From the NCBI GenBank assembly GCA_964016885.1, contig OZ024740.1, positions 214,830,001-214,894,000 of the forward strand: a DNA stretch of 64,000 bases, given 5' to 3'. The notes under the pieces are model-generated. The model was not told the origin of the DNA and did not search any database. It worked only from the letters and a program-made list of their open reading frames with translations. Shown here one piece after another: positions 45,901 to 63,900 of this stretch. This DNA comes from Eledone cirrhosa (lineage: Eukaryota). The position numbers and the translations under genes were made by a program. Every line of letters starts with the position of its first letter. The stretch's first letter is position 1.

Positions 45901-48900
45901 ACAACAACAGTACCAACAACAACAGTACCAACAACAACAAAAGTACCAACAACAACAACAGTACCAACAACAACAGTACCAACAACAACAACAGTACCAA
46001 CAACAACAACAGTACCAACAACAACAACAGTAACAACAACAACAACAACAGTACCAACAACAACAACAGTACCAACAACAACAACAGTGCCAACAACAAC
46101 AGTACCAACAACAACAACAGTACCAACAACAACAGTACCAACAACAACAACAGTACCAACAACAACAACAGTACCAACAACAACAACAGTACCAACAACA
46201 ACAACAGTAACAACAACAACAACAACAACAGTACCAACAACAACAACAGTACCAACAACAACAACAGTACCAACAACAACAACAGTACCAACAACAACAG
46301 TACCAACAACAACAACAGTACCAACAACAACAACAGTAACACCAACAACAACAGTACCAACAACAACAACAGTACCAACAACAACAACAGTACCACCAAC
46401 AACAACAGTACCAACAACAACAGCAGTACCACCAACAACAGTACCAACAACAACAACAGTACCAACAACAACAACAGTACCAACAACAACAACAACAGTA
46501 CCAACAACAACAACAGTACCAACAACAACAACAGTACCAACAACAACAACAGTACCAACAACAACAACAGTACCAACAACAACAACAGTACCAACAACAA
46601 CAACAACAGTACCAACAACACCAACAGTACCAACAACACCAACAGTACCAACAACAACAACAGTACCAACAACAACAACAGTACCAACAACAACAACAGT
46701 ACCAACAACAACAACAGCAGTACCAACAACAACAACAGTACCAACAACAACAACAGTACCAACAACAACAACAGTACCAACAGCAACAGTACCAACAACA
46801 ACAACAGTACCAACAACAACAACAGTACCAACAACAACAACAGTACCAACAACAACAACAGTGCCAACAACAACAGTACCAACAACAACAACAGTACCAA
46901 CAACAACAGTACCAACAACAACAACAGTACCAACAACAACAACAGTACCAACAACAACAACAGTACCAACAACAACAACAGTACCAACAACAACAACAGT
47001 AACAACAACAACAACAACAGTACCAACAACAACAACAGTACCAACAACAACAACAGTACCAACAACAACAACAGTACCAACAACAACAGTACCAACAACA
47101 ACAACAGTACCAACAACAACAACAGTACCAACAACAGTACCAACAACAACAACAGTACCAACAACAACAACAGTACCAACAACAACAACAGTACCACCAA
47201 CAACAACAGTACCAACAACAACAGCAGTACCACCAACAACAGTACCAACAACAACAACAGTACCAACAACAACAACAGTACCAACAACAACAACAACAGT
47301 ACCAACAACAACAACAGTACCAACAACAACAACAGTACCAACAACAACAACAGTACCAACAACAACAACAGTACCAACAACAACAACAGTACCAACAACA
47401 ACAACAACAGTACCAACAACACCAACAGTACCAACAACAACAACAGTACCAACAACAACAACAGTACCAACAACAACAACAGTACCAACAACAACAACAG
47501 TACCAACAACAACAACAACAGTACCAACAACAACAACAGTACCAACAACAACAAGAGTACCAACAACAACAACAGTACCAACAGCAACAGTACCAACAAC
47601 AACAACAGTACCAACAACAACAACAGTACCAACAACAACAACAGTACCAACAACAACAGTACCAACAACAACAGTACCAACAACAACAACAGTACCAACA
47701 ACAACAACAGTACTAAAACAACAACAACAGTACCAACAACAACAACAGTACCAACAACAACAACAACAGTACCAACAACAACAGTACCAACAACAACAAC
47801 AGTACCAACAACAACAGCAGTACCAACAACAACAGTACCAACAACAACAACAGTACCAACAACAACAGCAGTACCAACAACAACAGTACCAACAACAACA
47901 ACAGTACCAACAACAACAGCAGTACCAACAACAACAGTACCAACAACAACAACAGTACCAACAACAACAACAGTACCAACAACAACAGTACCAACAACAA
48001 AAACAGTACCAACAACAACAACAACAGTACCAACAACAACAACAGTACCAACAACAAGAGTACCAACAACAACAACAGTACCAACAACAGTACCAACAAC
48101 AGTACCAACAACAACAACAGTACCAACAACAACAACAGTACCAACAACAACAACAGTACCACCAACAACAACAGTACCAACAACAACAGCAGTACCACCA
48201 ACAACAGTACCAACAACAACAACAGTACCAACAACAACAACAGTACCAACAACAACCTTACCAACAACAACAACGGTACCAACAACAACAACAGTACCAA
48301 CAACAACAGTACCAACAACAGTACCAACAACAACAGTACCAACAACAACAACAGTACCAACAACAACACTACCAACAGCAACAACAGTACCAACAACAAC
48401 AACAGTACCAACAACAACAACAGTACCAACAACAACAACAGTACCAACATCAACAACAGTAACAACAACAACAACAGTACCAACAACAACAACAGTACCA
48501 ACAACAACAACAATGCCTACAACAACAACAGTACCAACAACAACAACAGCACCAACAACAACAACAGTACCAACAACAACAACAGTACCAACAACAGTAC
48601 CAACAACAACAACAGTACCAACAACAACAACAGTACCAACAACAACAGCAGTACCAACAACAACAGTACCAACAACAACAACAGTACCAACAACAACAGT
48701 ACCAACATCAACAACAGTACCAACAACAACAACAACAGTACCAACAACAACAACAGTACCAACAACAACAGTACCAACAACAACAACAGTACCAACAACA
48801 ACAGCAGTACCAACAACAACAGTACCAACAACAACAACAGTACCAACAACAACCACAGTACCAACAACAACAACAGTACCAACAACAACAACAGTACCAA

Positions 48901-51900
48901 CAACAACAATGATACCAACAACAACAACAGTACCAACAACAACAACAGTACCATCAACGACAGTACCAACAACAACAACAGTGCCAACAACAACAACAGT
49001 ACCAACAACAACAACAGTACCAACAACAACAACAGTACCAACAACAACAACAGTACCAACAACAGTACCAACAACAACAACAGTACCACCAACAACAACA
49101 GTACCAACAACAACAGCAGTACCAACAAAAACAGTACCAACAACAACAACAGTACCAACAACAACAACAGTACCAACAACAACAACAGTACCAACAGCAA
49201 CAGTACCAACAACAACAACAGTACCAACAACAACAACAGTACCAACAACAACAACAGTACCAACAACAACAGTACCAACAACAACAACAGTATCAACAAC
49301 AACAACAGTACCAACAACAACAGTACCAACAACAACAACAGTACCAACAACAACAGTACCAACAACAACAACAGTACCAACAACAACAACAGTACCAACA
49401 ACAGTACCAACAACAACAGTACCAACAACAACAGTACCAACAACAACAACAGTACCAACAACAACAACAGTACCAACAACAACAGTACCAACAACAACAA
49501 CAGTACCAACAACAACAACAGTACCAACAACAACAACAGTACCAACAACAACAGTACCAACAACAACAACAGTACCAACAACAACAGTACGAACAACAAC
49601 AACAGTACCAACAACAACAACAGTACTAAAACAACAACAACAGTACCAACAACAACAACAGTACCAACAACAACAACAACAGTACCAACAACAACAAAAG
49701 TACCAACAACAACAACAGTACCAACAACAACAACAGTAACAACAACAACAACAACAGTACCAACAACAACAACAGTACCAACAACAACAACAGTGCCAAC
49801 AACAACAACAGTACCAACAACAACAACAGTACCAACAACAACAGTACCAACAACAACAACAGTACCAACAACAACAACAGTACCAACAACAACAACAGTA
49901 ACAACAACAACAACAGTACCAACAACAACAACAGTACCAACAAGAGCAACAACAGTACCAACAACAACAACAGTACCAACAACAATAACAGTACCAACAA
50001 CAACAGTACCAACAACAACAACAGTACCAACAACAACAACAGTACCAACAACAACAGTACCAACAACAACAACAACAGTACCAACAACAACAACAGTACC
50101 AACAACAACAACAGTACCAACAACAACAACAGTACCAACAACAACAACAGTACCAACAACAACAACAGTACCAACAACAACAACAGTACCAACAACAACA
50201 ACAGTACCAACAACAACAACAGTACCAACAACAACAGTACCAACAACAACAACAGTACCAACAACAACAACAGTACCAACAACAACAGTACCAACAACAA
50301 CAACAGTACCAACAACAACAACAGTACTAAACAACAACAACAGTACCAATAACAACAACAGTACCAACAACAACAACAGTACCAACAACAACAACAGTAC
50401 CAACAACAACAGTACCAACAACAACAACAGTACCAACAACAACAACAGTACCAACAACAACAGTACCAACAACAACAACAGTACCAACAACAACAGCAGT
50501 ACCAACAACAACAGTACCAACAACAACAACAGTACCAACAACAACAGCAGTACCAACAACAACAGTACCAACAACAACAGTACCAACAACAACAACAGTA
50601 CCAACAACAACAGTACCAACAACAACAACAGTACCAACAACAACAACAGTACCAACAACAAGAGTACCAACAACAACAACAGTACCAACAACAGTACCAA
50701 CAACAGTACCAACAACAACAACAGTACCAACAACAACAGTACCAACAACAACAACAGTACCAACAACAACAACAGTACCAACAACAACAACAGTACCAAC
50801 AACAACGACAGTAACAACAACAACAACAACAGTACCAACAACAACACTACCAACAGCAACAACAGTACCAACAACAACAACAGTACCAACAACAACAACA
50901 GTAACAACAACAACAACAGTACCAACAACAACAGTACCAACAACAACAACAGTACCAACAACAACAACAGCACCAACAACAACAACAGTAACAACAACAA
51001 CAACAACAGTACCAACAACAACAACAGTACCAACAACAACAATACCAACAACAACAACAGTACCAACAATAACAACAGTACCAACAACAACAACAGTACC
51101 AACAACAACAACAGTACCAACAACAACAACAGTAACAACAACAACAACAACAGTACCAACAACAACAACAGTACCAACAACAACAGCAGTACCAACAACA
51201 ACAGTACCAACAACAACAACAGTACCAACAACAACAGTACCAACAACAACAACAGTACCAACAACAACAGCAGTACCAACAACAACAACAGTACCAACAA
51301 CAACAGCAGTACCAACAACAACAACAGTACCAACAACAACAACAGTACCAACAACAACAGCAGTACCAACAACAACAACAGTACCAACAACAACAGCAGT
51401 ACCAACAACAACAACAGTACCAACAACAACAATACCAAAAACAACAACAGTACCAACAACAACAACAGTACCAACAACAACAACAGTACCACCAACAACA
51501 ACAGTAGCAACAACAACAGTACCAACAACAACAACAGTACTAACAAGAACAGTACCAACAACAACAACAGTACCAACAACAACAACAGTACCAACAACAA
51601 CAACAGTACCAACAACAACAATACCAACAACAACAACAGTACCAACAACAACAACAGTACCAACAATAACAGCAGTACCAATAACAACAACAGTAGCAAC
51701 AACAACAACAGTAGCAACAACAACAGTACCAACAACAACAACAGTACCAACAACAACAACAGTACCAACAACAACAATACCAACAACAACAACAGTACCA
51801 ACAACAACAACAGTACCAACAACAACAGCAGTACCAACAACAACAACAGTAGCAACAACAACAACAGTACCAACAACAACAGTACCAACAACAACAACAG

Positions 51901-54900
51901 TACCAACAACAACTGACAACAACAACAACAGTACCTACAACAACAACAGTACCAACAACAACTGACAACAACAACAACAGTACCAACAACAACAACAGTA
52001 CCAACAACAACAACAGTACCAACAACAATAACATTACCAACAACAACAACAGTACCTACAACAACAACAGTACCAGCAACAACAACTGACAACAACAACA
52101 ACAACAGTACCAACAACAACAACAGTACCAACAACAACAGTGCCAACAACAACAACAGTACCAACAACAACAACAGTACCAACAACAACAACACTACCTA
52201 CAACAACAACAGTACCTACAACAACAACAGTACCAACAACAACTGACAACAACAACAACAGTACGTACAACAACAACAGTACCAACAACAACAACAACAG
52301 TACCAACGACAACAACAGTACCAACAACAACAACAGTGACAACAACAACATTACCAACAACAACAACAGTACCAACAACAACAACAACAGTACCAACAAC
52401 AACAACATTACCAACAACAACAACAGTACCAACAACAACAACAGTACCAACAACAACATTACCAACAACAACAGTACCAACAACAACAACAGTACCAACA
52501 ACAACAACAGTACCAACAACAGTACCAACAACAACAACAGTACCACCAACAACAACAGTACCAACAACAACAGCAGTACCAACAAAAACAGTACCAACAA
52601 CAACAACAGTACCAACAACAACAACAGTACCAACAACAACAACAGTACCAACAGCAACAGTACCAACAACAACAACAGTACCAACAACAACAACAGTACC
52701 AACAACAACAACAGTACCAACAACAACAGTACCAACAACAACAACAGTATCAACAACAACAACAGTACCAACAACAACAGTACCAACAACAACAACAGTA
52801 CCAACAACAACAGTACCAACAACAACAACAGTACCAACAACAACAACAGTACCAACAACAGTACCAACAACAACAGTACCAACAACAACAGTACCAACAA
52901 CAACAACAGTACCAACAACAACAACAGTACCAACAACAACAGTACCAACAACAACAACAGTACCAACAACAACAGTACCAACAACAACAACAGTACCAAC
53001 AACAACAACAGTACCAACAACAACAACAGTACCAACAACAACAGTACCAACAACAACAACAGTACCAACAACAACAGTACGAACAACAACAACAGTACCA
53101 ACAACAACAACAGTACTAAAACAACAACAACAGTACCAACAACAACAACAGTACCAACAACAACAACAACAACAGTACCAACAACAACAAAAGTACCAAC
53201 AACAACAACAGTACCAACAACAACAACAGTAACAACAACAACAACAACAGTACCAACAACAACAACAGTACCAACAACAACAACAGTGCCAACAACAACA
53301 ACAGTACCAACAACAACAACAGTACCAACAACAACAGTACCAACAACAACAACAGTACCAACAACAACAACAGTACCAACAACAACAACAGTAACAACAA
53401 CAACAACAGTACCAACAACAACAACAACAGTACCAACAACAGCAACAACAGTACCAACAACAACAACAGTACCAACAACAATAACAGTACCAACAACAAC
53501 AGTACCAACAACAACAACAGTACCAACAACAACAACAGTACCAACAACAACAACAGTACCAACAACAACAACAACAGTACCAACAACAACAACAGTACCA
53601 ACAACAATAACAGTACCAACAACAACAACAGTACCAACAACAACAACAGTACCAACAACAACAACAGTACCAACAACAACAACAGTACCAACAACAACAA
53701 CAGTACCAACAACAACAACAGTACCAACAACAACAGTACCAACAACAACAACAGTACCAACAACAACAACAGTACCAACAACAACAGTACCAACAACAAC
53801 AACAGTACCAACAACAACAACAGTACTAAACAACAACAACAGTACCAACAACAACAACAGTACCAACAACAACAACAGTACCAACAACAACAACAGTACC
53901 AACAACAACAGTACCAACAACAACAACAGTACCAACAACAACAACAGTACCAACAACAACAGTACCAACAACAACAACAGTACCAACAACAACAGCAGTA
54001 CCAACAACAACAGTACCAACAACAACAACAGTACCAACAACAACAGCAGTACCAACAACAACAGTACCAACAACAACAGTACCAACAACAACAACAGTAC
54101 CAACAACAACAGTACCAACAACAACAACAGTACCAACAACAACAACAGTACCAACGACAACAACAGCACCAACAACAACAACAGTACCAACAACAAGAGT
54201 ACCAACAACAACAACAGTACCAACAACAGTACCAACAACAGTACCAACAACAACAACAGTACCAACAACAACAGTACCAACAACAACAGTACCAACAACA
54301 ACAACAGTACCAACAACAACAACAGTACCAACAACAACAACAGTACCAACAACAACGACAGTAACAACAACAACAACAACAGTACCAACAACAAAAACAG
54401 TACCAACAACAACAACAGAACCAACAACAACAGTACCAACAACAACAACAGTACCAACAACAACAACAGTACCAACAACAACAGTACCAACAACAACAAC
54501 AGTACCAACAACAACACTACCAACAGCAACAACAGTACCAACAACAACAACAGTACCAACAACAACAACAGTAACAACAACAACAACAGTACCAACAACA
54601 ACAGTACCAACAACAACAACAGTACCAACAACAACAACAGCACCAACAACAACAACAGTAACAACAACAACAACAACAGTACCAACAACAACAACAGTAC
54701 CAACAACAACAATACCAACAACAACAACAGTACCAACAATAACAACAGTACCAACAACAACAACAGTACCAACAACAACAACAGTACCAACAACAACAAC
54801 AGTAACAACAACAACAACAACAGTACCAACAACAACAACAGTACCAACAACAACAACAGTACCAACAACAACAATACCAACAACAACAACAGTACCAACA

Positions 54901-57900
54901 ACAACAACAGTACCAACAATAACAGCAGTACCAATAACAACAACAGTAGCAACAACAACAACAGTAGCAACAACAACAGTACCAACAACAACAACAGTAC
55001 CAACAACAACAACAGTACCAACAACAACAATACCAACAACAACAACAGTACCAACAACAACAACAGTACCAACAACAACAGCAGTACCAACAACAACAAC
55101 AGTAGCAACAACAACAACAGTACCAACAACAACAGTACCAACAACAACAACAGTACCAACAACAACAACAGTACCAACAACAACTGACAACAACAACAAC
55201 AGTACCTACAACAACAACAGTACCAACAACAACTGACAACAACAACAACAGTACCAACAACAACAACAGTACCAACAACAACAACAGTACCAACAACAAT
55301 AACAGTACCAACAACAACAACAGTACCTACAACAACAACAGTACCAGCAACAACAACTGACAACAACAACAACAACAGTACCAACAACAACAACAGTACC
55401 AACAACAACAGTACCAACAACAACAACAGTACCAACAACAACAACAGTACCAACAACAACAACACTACCTACAACAACAACAGTACCTACAACAACAACA
55501 GTACCAACAACAACTGACAACAACAACAACAGTACGTACAACAACAACAGTACCAACAACAACAACAACAGTACCAACAACAACAACAGTACCAACAACA
55601 ACAACAGTGACAACAACAACATTACCAACAACAACAACAGTACCAACAACAACAACAACAGTACCAACAACAACAACAGTACCAACAACAACAACAGTAC
55701 CAACAACAACAACAGTACCAACAACAACATTACCAACAACAACAACAGTACCAACAACAACAACAGTACCAACAACAACAACAGTGACAACAACAACAGT
55801 ACCAACAACAACAACAACAGTACCAACAACAACAACAGTACCAACAACAACAACAGTACCATCAACAACAGTACCAACAACAACAACAGTACCAACAACA
55901 ACAGTACCAACAACAACAACAGTACCAACAACAACAACAGTACCAACAACAACAACAGTACCAACAACAACAACAGTACCAACAACAAAAACAGTGACAA
56001 CAACAACAACAGTACCAACAACAACAACAGTACCAACAACAACAACAGTACCAACAACAACAGTACTAACAACAACAGTACCAACAACAACAACAGTACC
56101 AACAACAACAACAGTACCAACAACAACAACAGTACCAACAACAACAACACTACCAACAACAACAACAGTACCAACAACGACAACAGTACCAACAACAACA
56201 ACAGTACCAACAACAACAACAGTACCAACCACAACAACAGTACCAACAACAACAACAGTACCATCAACAACAGTACCAACAACAACAACAGTACCAACAA
56301 CAACAGTAACAACAACAACAACAGTACCAACAACAACAACAGTACCAACAACAACAACAGTACCAACAACAACAACAGTACCATCAACAACAGTACCAAC
56401 AACAACAACAGTACCAACAACAACAACAGTACCAACAACAACAACAGTACCAACAACAACAACAGTACCAACAACAACAACAGTACCAACAACAACAGTA
56501 CCAACAACAACAACAGTACCAACAACAACAACAGTACCAACAACAACAACAGTACCAACAACGACAGTACCAACAACAACAACAGTACCAACAGCAAAAA
56601 CAGTACCAACAACAACAACAGTACCAACAACAACAACACTACCAACAACAACAACAGTACCAACAACAACAACAGTACCAACAGCAACAACAGTACCAAC
56701 AACAACAACAGTACCAACAACAACAACAGTACCAACAACAACAGTACCAACAACAACAACAGTACCAACAACAACAACAGTACCAACAACAACAGTACCA
56801 ACAACAACAACAGTACCAAAAACAACAACAGTACCAACAACAACAACAACAGTACCAACAACAACAACAACAATACCAACAACAACAGTACCAACAACAA
56901 CAACAGTACTAACAACAACAACACTACCAACAACAACAATACCAACAACAACAGTACCAACAACAACAACAGTACCAACAACAACAGTACCAACAACAAC
57001 AACAGTACCAACAACAACAACAGTACCAACAACGACAAGAGTACCAACAACAACAACAGTACCAACAACAACAACAGTACCAACAACAACAACAACAGTA
57101 CCAACAACAACAGTACCAACAGCAACAACAGTACCAACAACAACAACAGTACCAACAACAACAACAGTACCAACAACAACAACATTACCAACAACAACAA
57201 CAGTACCAACAACAACAACAACAGTACCAACAACAACAACAGTACCAACAACAACAACATTACCAACAACAACAACACTACCAACAACAACAATACCAAC
57301 AACAACAGTAATAACAACAACAACAGTACCAACAACAACAGTACCAACAACAACAACAGTACCAACAACAACAACAGTACCAACAACAACAACAGTACCA
57401 ACAACAACAACAGTACCAACAACAACAACAGTACCAATAACAGTACCAACAACAACAACAGTACCAACAACAACAACAGTACCAACAACAACAACAGTAA
57501 CAACAACAACAACAGTACCAACAACAACAACAGTACCAACAACAACAACATTGCCAACAACAACAACAGTACCAACAACAACAACAGTACCAACAACAAC
57601 AATACCAACAACAACAACAGTACCAACAACAACAACAGTACCAACAACAACAACAGTACCAACAACAACAACAGTACCAACAACAACAACAGTAACAACA
57701 ACAACAACAACAGTACCAACAACAACAACAGTACCAACAACAACAACAACAACAGTACCAACAACAACAACAGTACCAACAACAACAACAGTACCAACAA
57801 CAACAACAGTACCAACAACAACAGTACCAACAACAACAACAGTACCAACAACAACAACATTACCAACAACAACAACAGTACCAACAACAACAACAGTACC

Positions 57901-60900
57901 AACAACAACAACAGTACCAACAACAACAGTACCAACAACAACAACAGTACCAACAACAACAACAGTGACAACAACAACAGTACCAACAACAACAGTACCA
58001 ACAACAACAACATTACCAACAACAACAACAGTACCAACAACAACAACAGTACCAACAACAACAACAGTACCAACAACAACAACCGTACCAACAACAACAG
58101 CAGTACCAACAACAACAGTACCAACAACAACAACAGTACCAACAACAACAGTACCAACAACAACAACAGTACCAACAACAACAACAGTACCAACAACAAC
58201 AACAGTACCAACAACAACAGTACCAACAACAACAACAACAGTACCAACAACAACAGCAGTACCAACAACAACAGTACCAACAACAACAACAGTACCAACA
58301 ACAACAACAGTACCAACAACCACAACAGTACCAACAACAACAATACCAAAAACAACAACAGTACCAACAACAACAACAGTAGCAACAACAACAACAGTAC
58401 CACCAACAACAACAGTAGCAACAACAACAGTACCAACAACAACAACAGTACTAACAAGAACAGTACCAACAACAACAACAGTACCAACAACAACAACAGT
58501 ACCAACAACAACAATACCAACAACAACAACAGTACCAACAACAACAACAGTACCAACAATAACAGCAGTACCAACAACAACAACAGTAGCAACAACAACA
58601 ACAGTAGCAACAACAACAGTACCAACAACAACAACAGTACCAACAACAACAACAGTACCAACAACAACAATACCAACAACAACAACAGTACCAACAACAA
58701 CAACAGTACCAACAACAACAGCAGTACCAACAACAACAACAGTAGCAACAACAACAACAGTAGCAACAACAACAGTACCAACAACAACAACAGTACCAAC
58801 AACAACAACAGTACAAACAACAACTGACAACAACAACAACAGTACCTACAACAACAACAGTACCAACAACAACTGACAACAACAACAACAGTACCAACAA
58901 CAACAACAGTACCTACAACAACAACAGTACCAGCAACAACAACTGACAACAACAACAACAACAACAGTACCAACAACTGACAACAGTACCAACAACAACA
59001 ACAGTACCAACAACAACAGTACCAACAACAACAACAACAGTACCAACAACAACAACAGTACCAACAACAACAACACTACCTACAACAACAACAGTACCTA
59101 CAACAACAACAGTACCAACAACAACTGACAACAACAACAACAGTACCTACAACAACAACAGTACCAACAACAACAACAGTACCAACAACAACAACAACAA
59201 CAACAGTACCAACAACAACAACAGTACCAACAACAACAACAGTACCAACAACAACAACAGTGACAACAACAACAACAGTACCAACAACAACAGCAGTACC
59301 AACAACAACAGTACCAACAACAACAACAGTACCAACAATAACAGTACCAACAACAACAACAGTACCAACAACAACAACAGTACCAACAACAACAACAGTA
59401 CCAACAACAACAGTACCAACAACAACAACAGTACCAACAACAACAGCAGTACCAACAACAACAGTACCAACAACAACAACAGTACCAACAACAACAACAG
59501 TACCAACAACCACAACAGTACCAACAACAACAATACCAAAAACAACAACAGTACCAACAACAACAACAGTACCAACAACAACAACAGTACCATCAACAAC
59601 AACAGTAGCAACAACAACAGTACCAACAACAACAACAGTACTAACAAGAACAGTACCAACAACAACAACAGTACCAACAACAACAACAGTACCAACAACA
59701 ACAATACCAACAACAACAACAGTACCAACAACAACAACAGTACCAACAATAACAGCAGTACCAACAACAACAACAGTAGCAACAACAACAACAGTAGCAA
59801 CAACAACAGTACCCACAACAACAACAGTACCAACAACAACAACAGTACAAACAACAACTGACAACAACAACAACAGTACCTACAACAACAACAGTACCAA
59901 CAACAACTGACAACAACAACAACAGTACCAACAACAACAACAGTACCTACAACAACAACAGTACCAGCAACAACAACTGACAACAACAACAACAACAGTA
60001 CCAACAACAACAACAGTACCAACAACAACAACAGTACCAACAACAACAGTACCAACAACAACAACAACAGTACCAACAACAACAACAGTACCAACAACAA
60101 CAACACTACCTACAACAACAACAGTACCTACAACAACAACAGTACCAACAACAACTGACAACAACAACAACAGTACCTACAACAACAACAGTACCAACAA
60201 CAACAACAGTACCAACAACAACAACAACAACAACAGTACCAACAACAACAACAGTACCAACAACAACAACAGTACCAACAACAATGACAACAACAACAGT
60301 ACCAACAACAACATTACCAACAACAACAACAGTACCAACAACAACAACAGTACCAACAACAACAACAGTGACAACAACAACAGTACCAACAACAACAGTA
60401 CCAACAACAACAACAATACCAACAACAACAACAGTACCAACAACAACAACAGTACCAACAACAACAACAGTACCAACAACAACAACAGTACCAACAACAA
60501 CAACAGTGACAACAACAACAGTACCAACAACAACAACAGTACCAACAACAACAACAACAGTACCAACAACAACAACAGTACCAACAACAACAACAGTACC
60601 ATCAACAACAGTACCAACAACAACAACAGTACCAACAACAACAACAGTACCAACAACAACAACAGTACCAACAACAACAACAGTACCAACAACAACAACA
60701 GTACCAACAACAACAACAGTACCAACAACAACAACAGTGACAACAACAACAACAGTACCAACAACAACAACAGTACCAACAACAACAACACTACCAACAA
60801 CAACAATACCAACAACAACACTACCAACAACAACAACAGTACCAACAACAACAGTACCAACAACAACAACACTACCAACAACAACAGTACCAACAACAAC

Positions 60901-63900
60901 AGTACCAACAACAACAATACCAACAACAACAACAATACCAACAAAAACAGTACCAACAACAACAACACTACCAACAACAACAGTACCAACAACAACAGTA
61001 CCAACAACAACAATACCAACAACAACAACAATACCAACAACAACAGTACCAACAACAACAACACTACCAACAACAACAACAGTACCAACAACAACAGTAC
61101 CATCAACATCAGTACCAACAACAACAGTACCAACAACAACAACAGTACCAACAACAACAACAGTACCAACAACAACAACAGTACCAACAACAACATCAGT
61201 ACCAACAACAACAGTACCAACAACAACAACAGTACCAACAACAACAACAGTACCAACAACAACAATAGTACCAACAACATCAGTACCAACAACAACAGTA
61301 CCAACAACAACAGTACCAACAACAACACTACCAACAACAACAACAATACCAACAACAACAGTACCAACAACAACAACAGTACCAACAACAACAACAGTAC
61401 CAACAACAACAGTACCAACAACAACAACAGTACCAACAACAACAGTACCAACAACAACACTACCAACAACAACAGTACCAACAACAACAGTACCAACAAC
61501 AACAGTACCAACAACAACAACAGTACCAACAACAACAACAGTACCAACAACAACAACAGTACCAACAACAACAACAGTACCAACAACAACAACAGTACCA
61601 ACAACAACAACATTACCAACAACAACAGTACCAACAACAACAACAGTACCAACAACAACAGTACCAACAACAACAGTACCAACAACAACAGTACCAACAA
61701 CAACAGTACCAACAACAACAACAGTACCAACAACAACACTACCAACAACAACAGTACCAACAACAACAGTACCAACAACAACAGTACCAACAACAACAAC
61801 AGTACCAACAACAACAACAGTACCAACAACAACAACAGTACCAACAACAACAACAGTACCAACAACAACAGTACCAACAACAACAACAGTACCAACAACA
61901 ACAACAGTACCAACAACAACAACAGTACCAACAACAACAGTACCAACAACAACAGTACCAACAACAACAGTACCAACAACAACAGTACCAACAACAACAA
62001 CAGTACCAACAACAACAACAGTACCAACAACAACAACAGTACCAACAACAACAGCAGTACCAACAACAACAGTACCAACAACAACAACAGTACCAACAAC
62101 AACAGCAGTACCAACAACAACAGTACCAACAACAACAGTACCAACAACAACAACAGTACCAACAACAACAGTACCAACAACAACAACAGTACCAACAACA
62201 ACAACAGTACCAACGACAACAACAGCACCAACAACAACAACAGTACCAACAACAAGAGTACCAACAACAACAACAGTACCAACAACAGTACCAACAACAG
62301 TACCAACAACAACAACAGTACCAACAACAACAGTACCAACAACAACAGTACCAACAACAACAACAGTACCAACAACAACAACAGTACCAACAACAACAAC
62401 AGTACCAACAACAACGACAGTAACAACAACAACAACAACAGTACCAACAACAAAAACAGTACCAACAACAACAACAGAACCAACAACAACAGTACCAACA
62501 ACAACAACAGTACCAACAACAACAACAGTACCAACAACAACAGTACCAACAACAACAACAGTACCAACAACAACACTACCAACAGCAACAACAGTACCAA
62601 CAACAACAACAGTACCAACAACAACAACAGTAACAACAACAACAACAGTACCAACAACAACAGTACCAACAACAACAACAGTACCAACAACAACAACAGC
62701 ACCAACAACAACAACAGTAACAACAACAACAACAACAGTACCAACAACAACAACAGTACCAACAACAACAATACCAACAACAACAACAGTACCAACAATA
62801 ACAACAGTACCAACAACAACAACAGTACCAACAACAACAACAGTACCAACAACAACAACAGTAACAACAACAACAACAACAGTACCAACAACAACAACAG
62901 TACCAACAACAACAACAGTACCAACAACAACAATACCAACAACAACAACAGTACCAACAACAACAACAGTACCAACAATAACAGCAGTACCAATAACAAC
63001 AACAGTAGCAACAACAACAACAGTAGCAACAACAACAGTACCAACAACAACAACAGTACCAACAACAACAACAGTACCAACAACAACAATACCAACAACA
63101 ACAACAGTACCAACAACAACAACAATACCAACAACAACAGCAGTACCAACAACAACAACAGTAGCAACAACAACAACAGTACCAACAACAACAGTACCAA
63201 CAACAACAACAGTACCAACAACAACAACAGTACCAACAACAACTGACAACAACAACAACAGTACCTACAACAACAACAGTACCAACAACAACTGACAACA
63301 ACAACAACAGTACCAACAACAACAACAGTACCAACAACAACAACAGTACCAACAACAATAACAGTACCAACAACAACAACAGTACCTACAACAACAACAG
63401 TACCAGCAACAACAACTGACAACAACAACAACAACAGTACCAACAACAACAACAGTACCAACAACAACAGTACCAACAACAACAACAGTACCAACAACAA
63501 CAACAGTACCAACAACAACAACACTACCTACAACAACAACAGTACCTACAACAACAACAGTACCAACAACAACTGACAACAACAACAACAGTACGTACAA
63601 CAACAACAGTACCAACAACAACAACAACAGTACCAACAACAACAACAGTACCAACAACAACAACAGTGACAACAACAACATTACCAACAACAACAACAGT
63701 ACCAACAACAACAACAACAGTACCAACAACAACAACAGTACCAACAACAACAACAGTACCAACAACAACAACAGTACCAACAACAACATTACCAACAACA
63801 ACAACAGTACCAACAACAACAACAGTACCAACAACAACAACAGTGACAACAACAACAGTACCAACAACAACAACAACAGTACCAACAACAACAACAGTAC

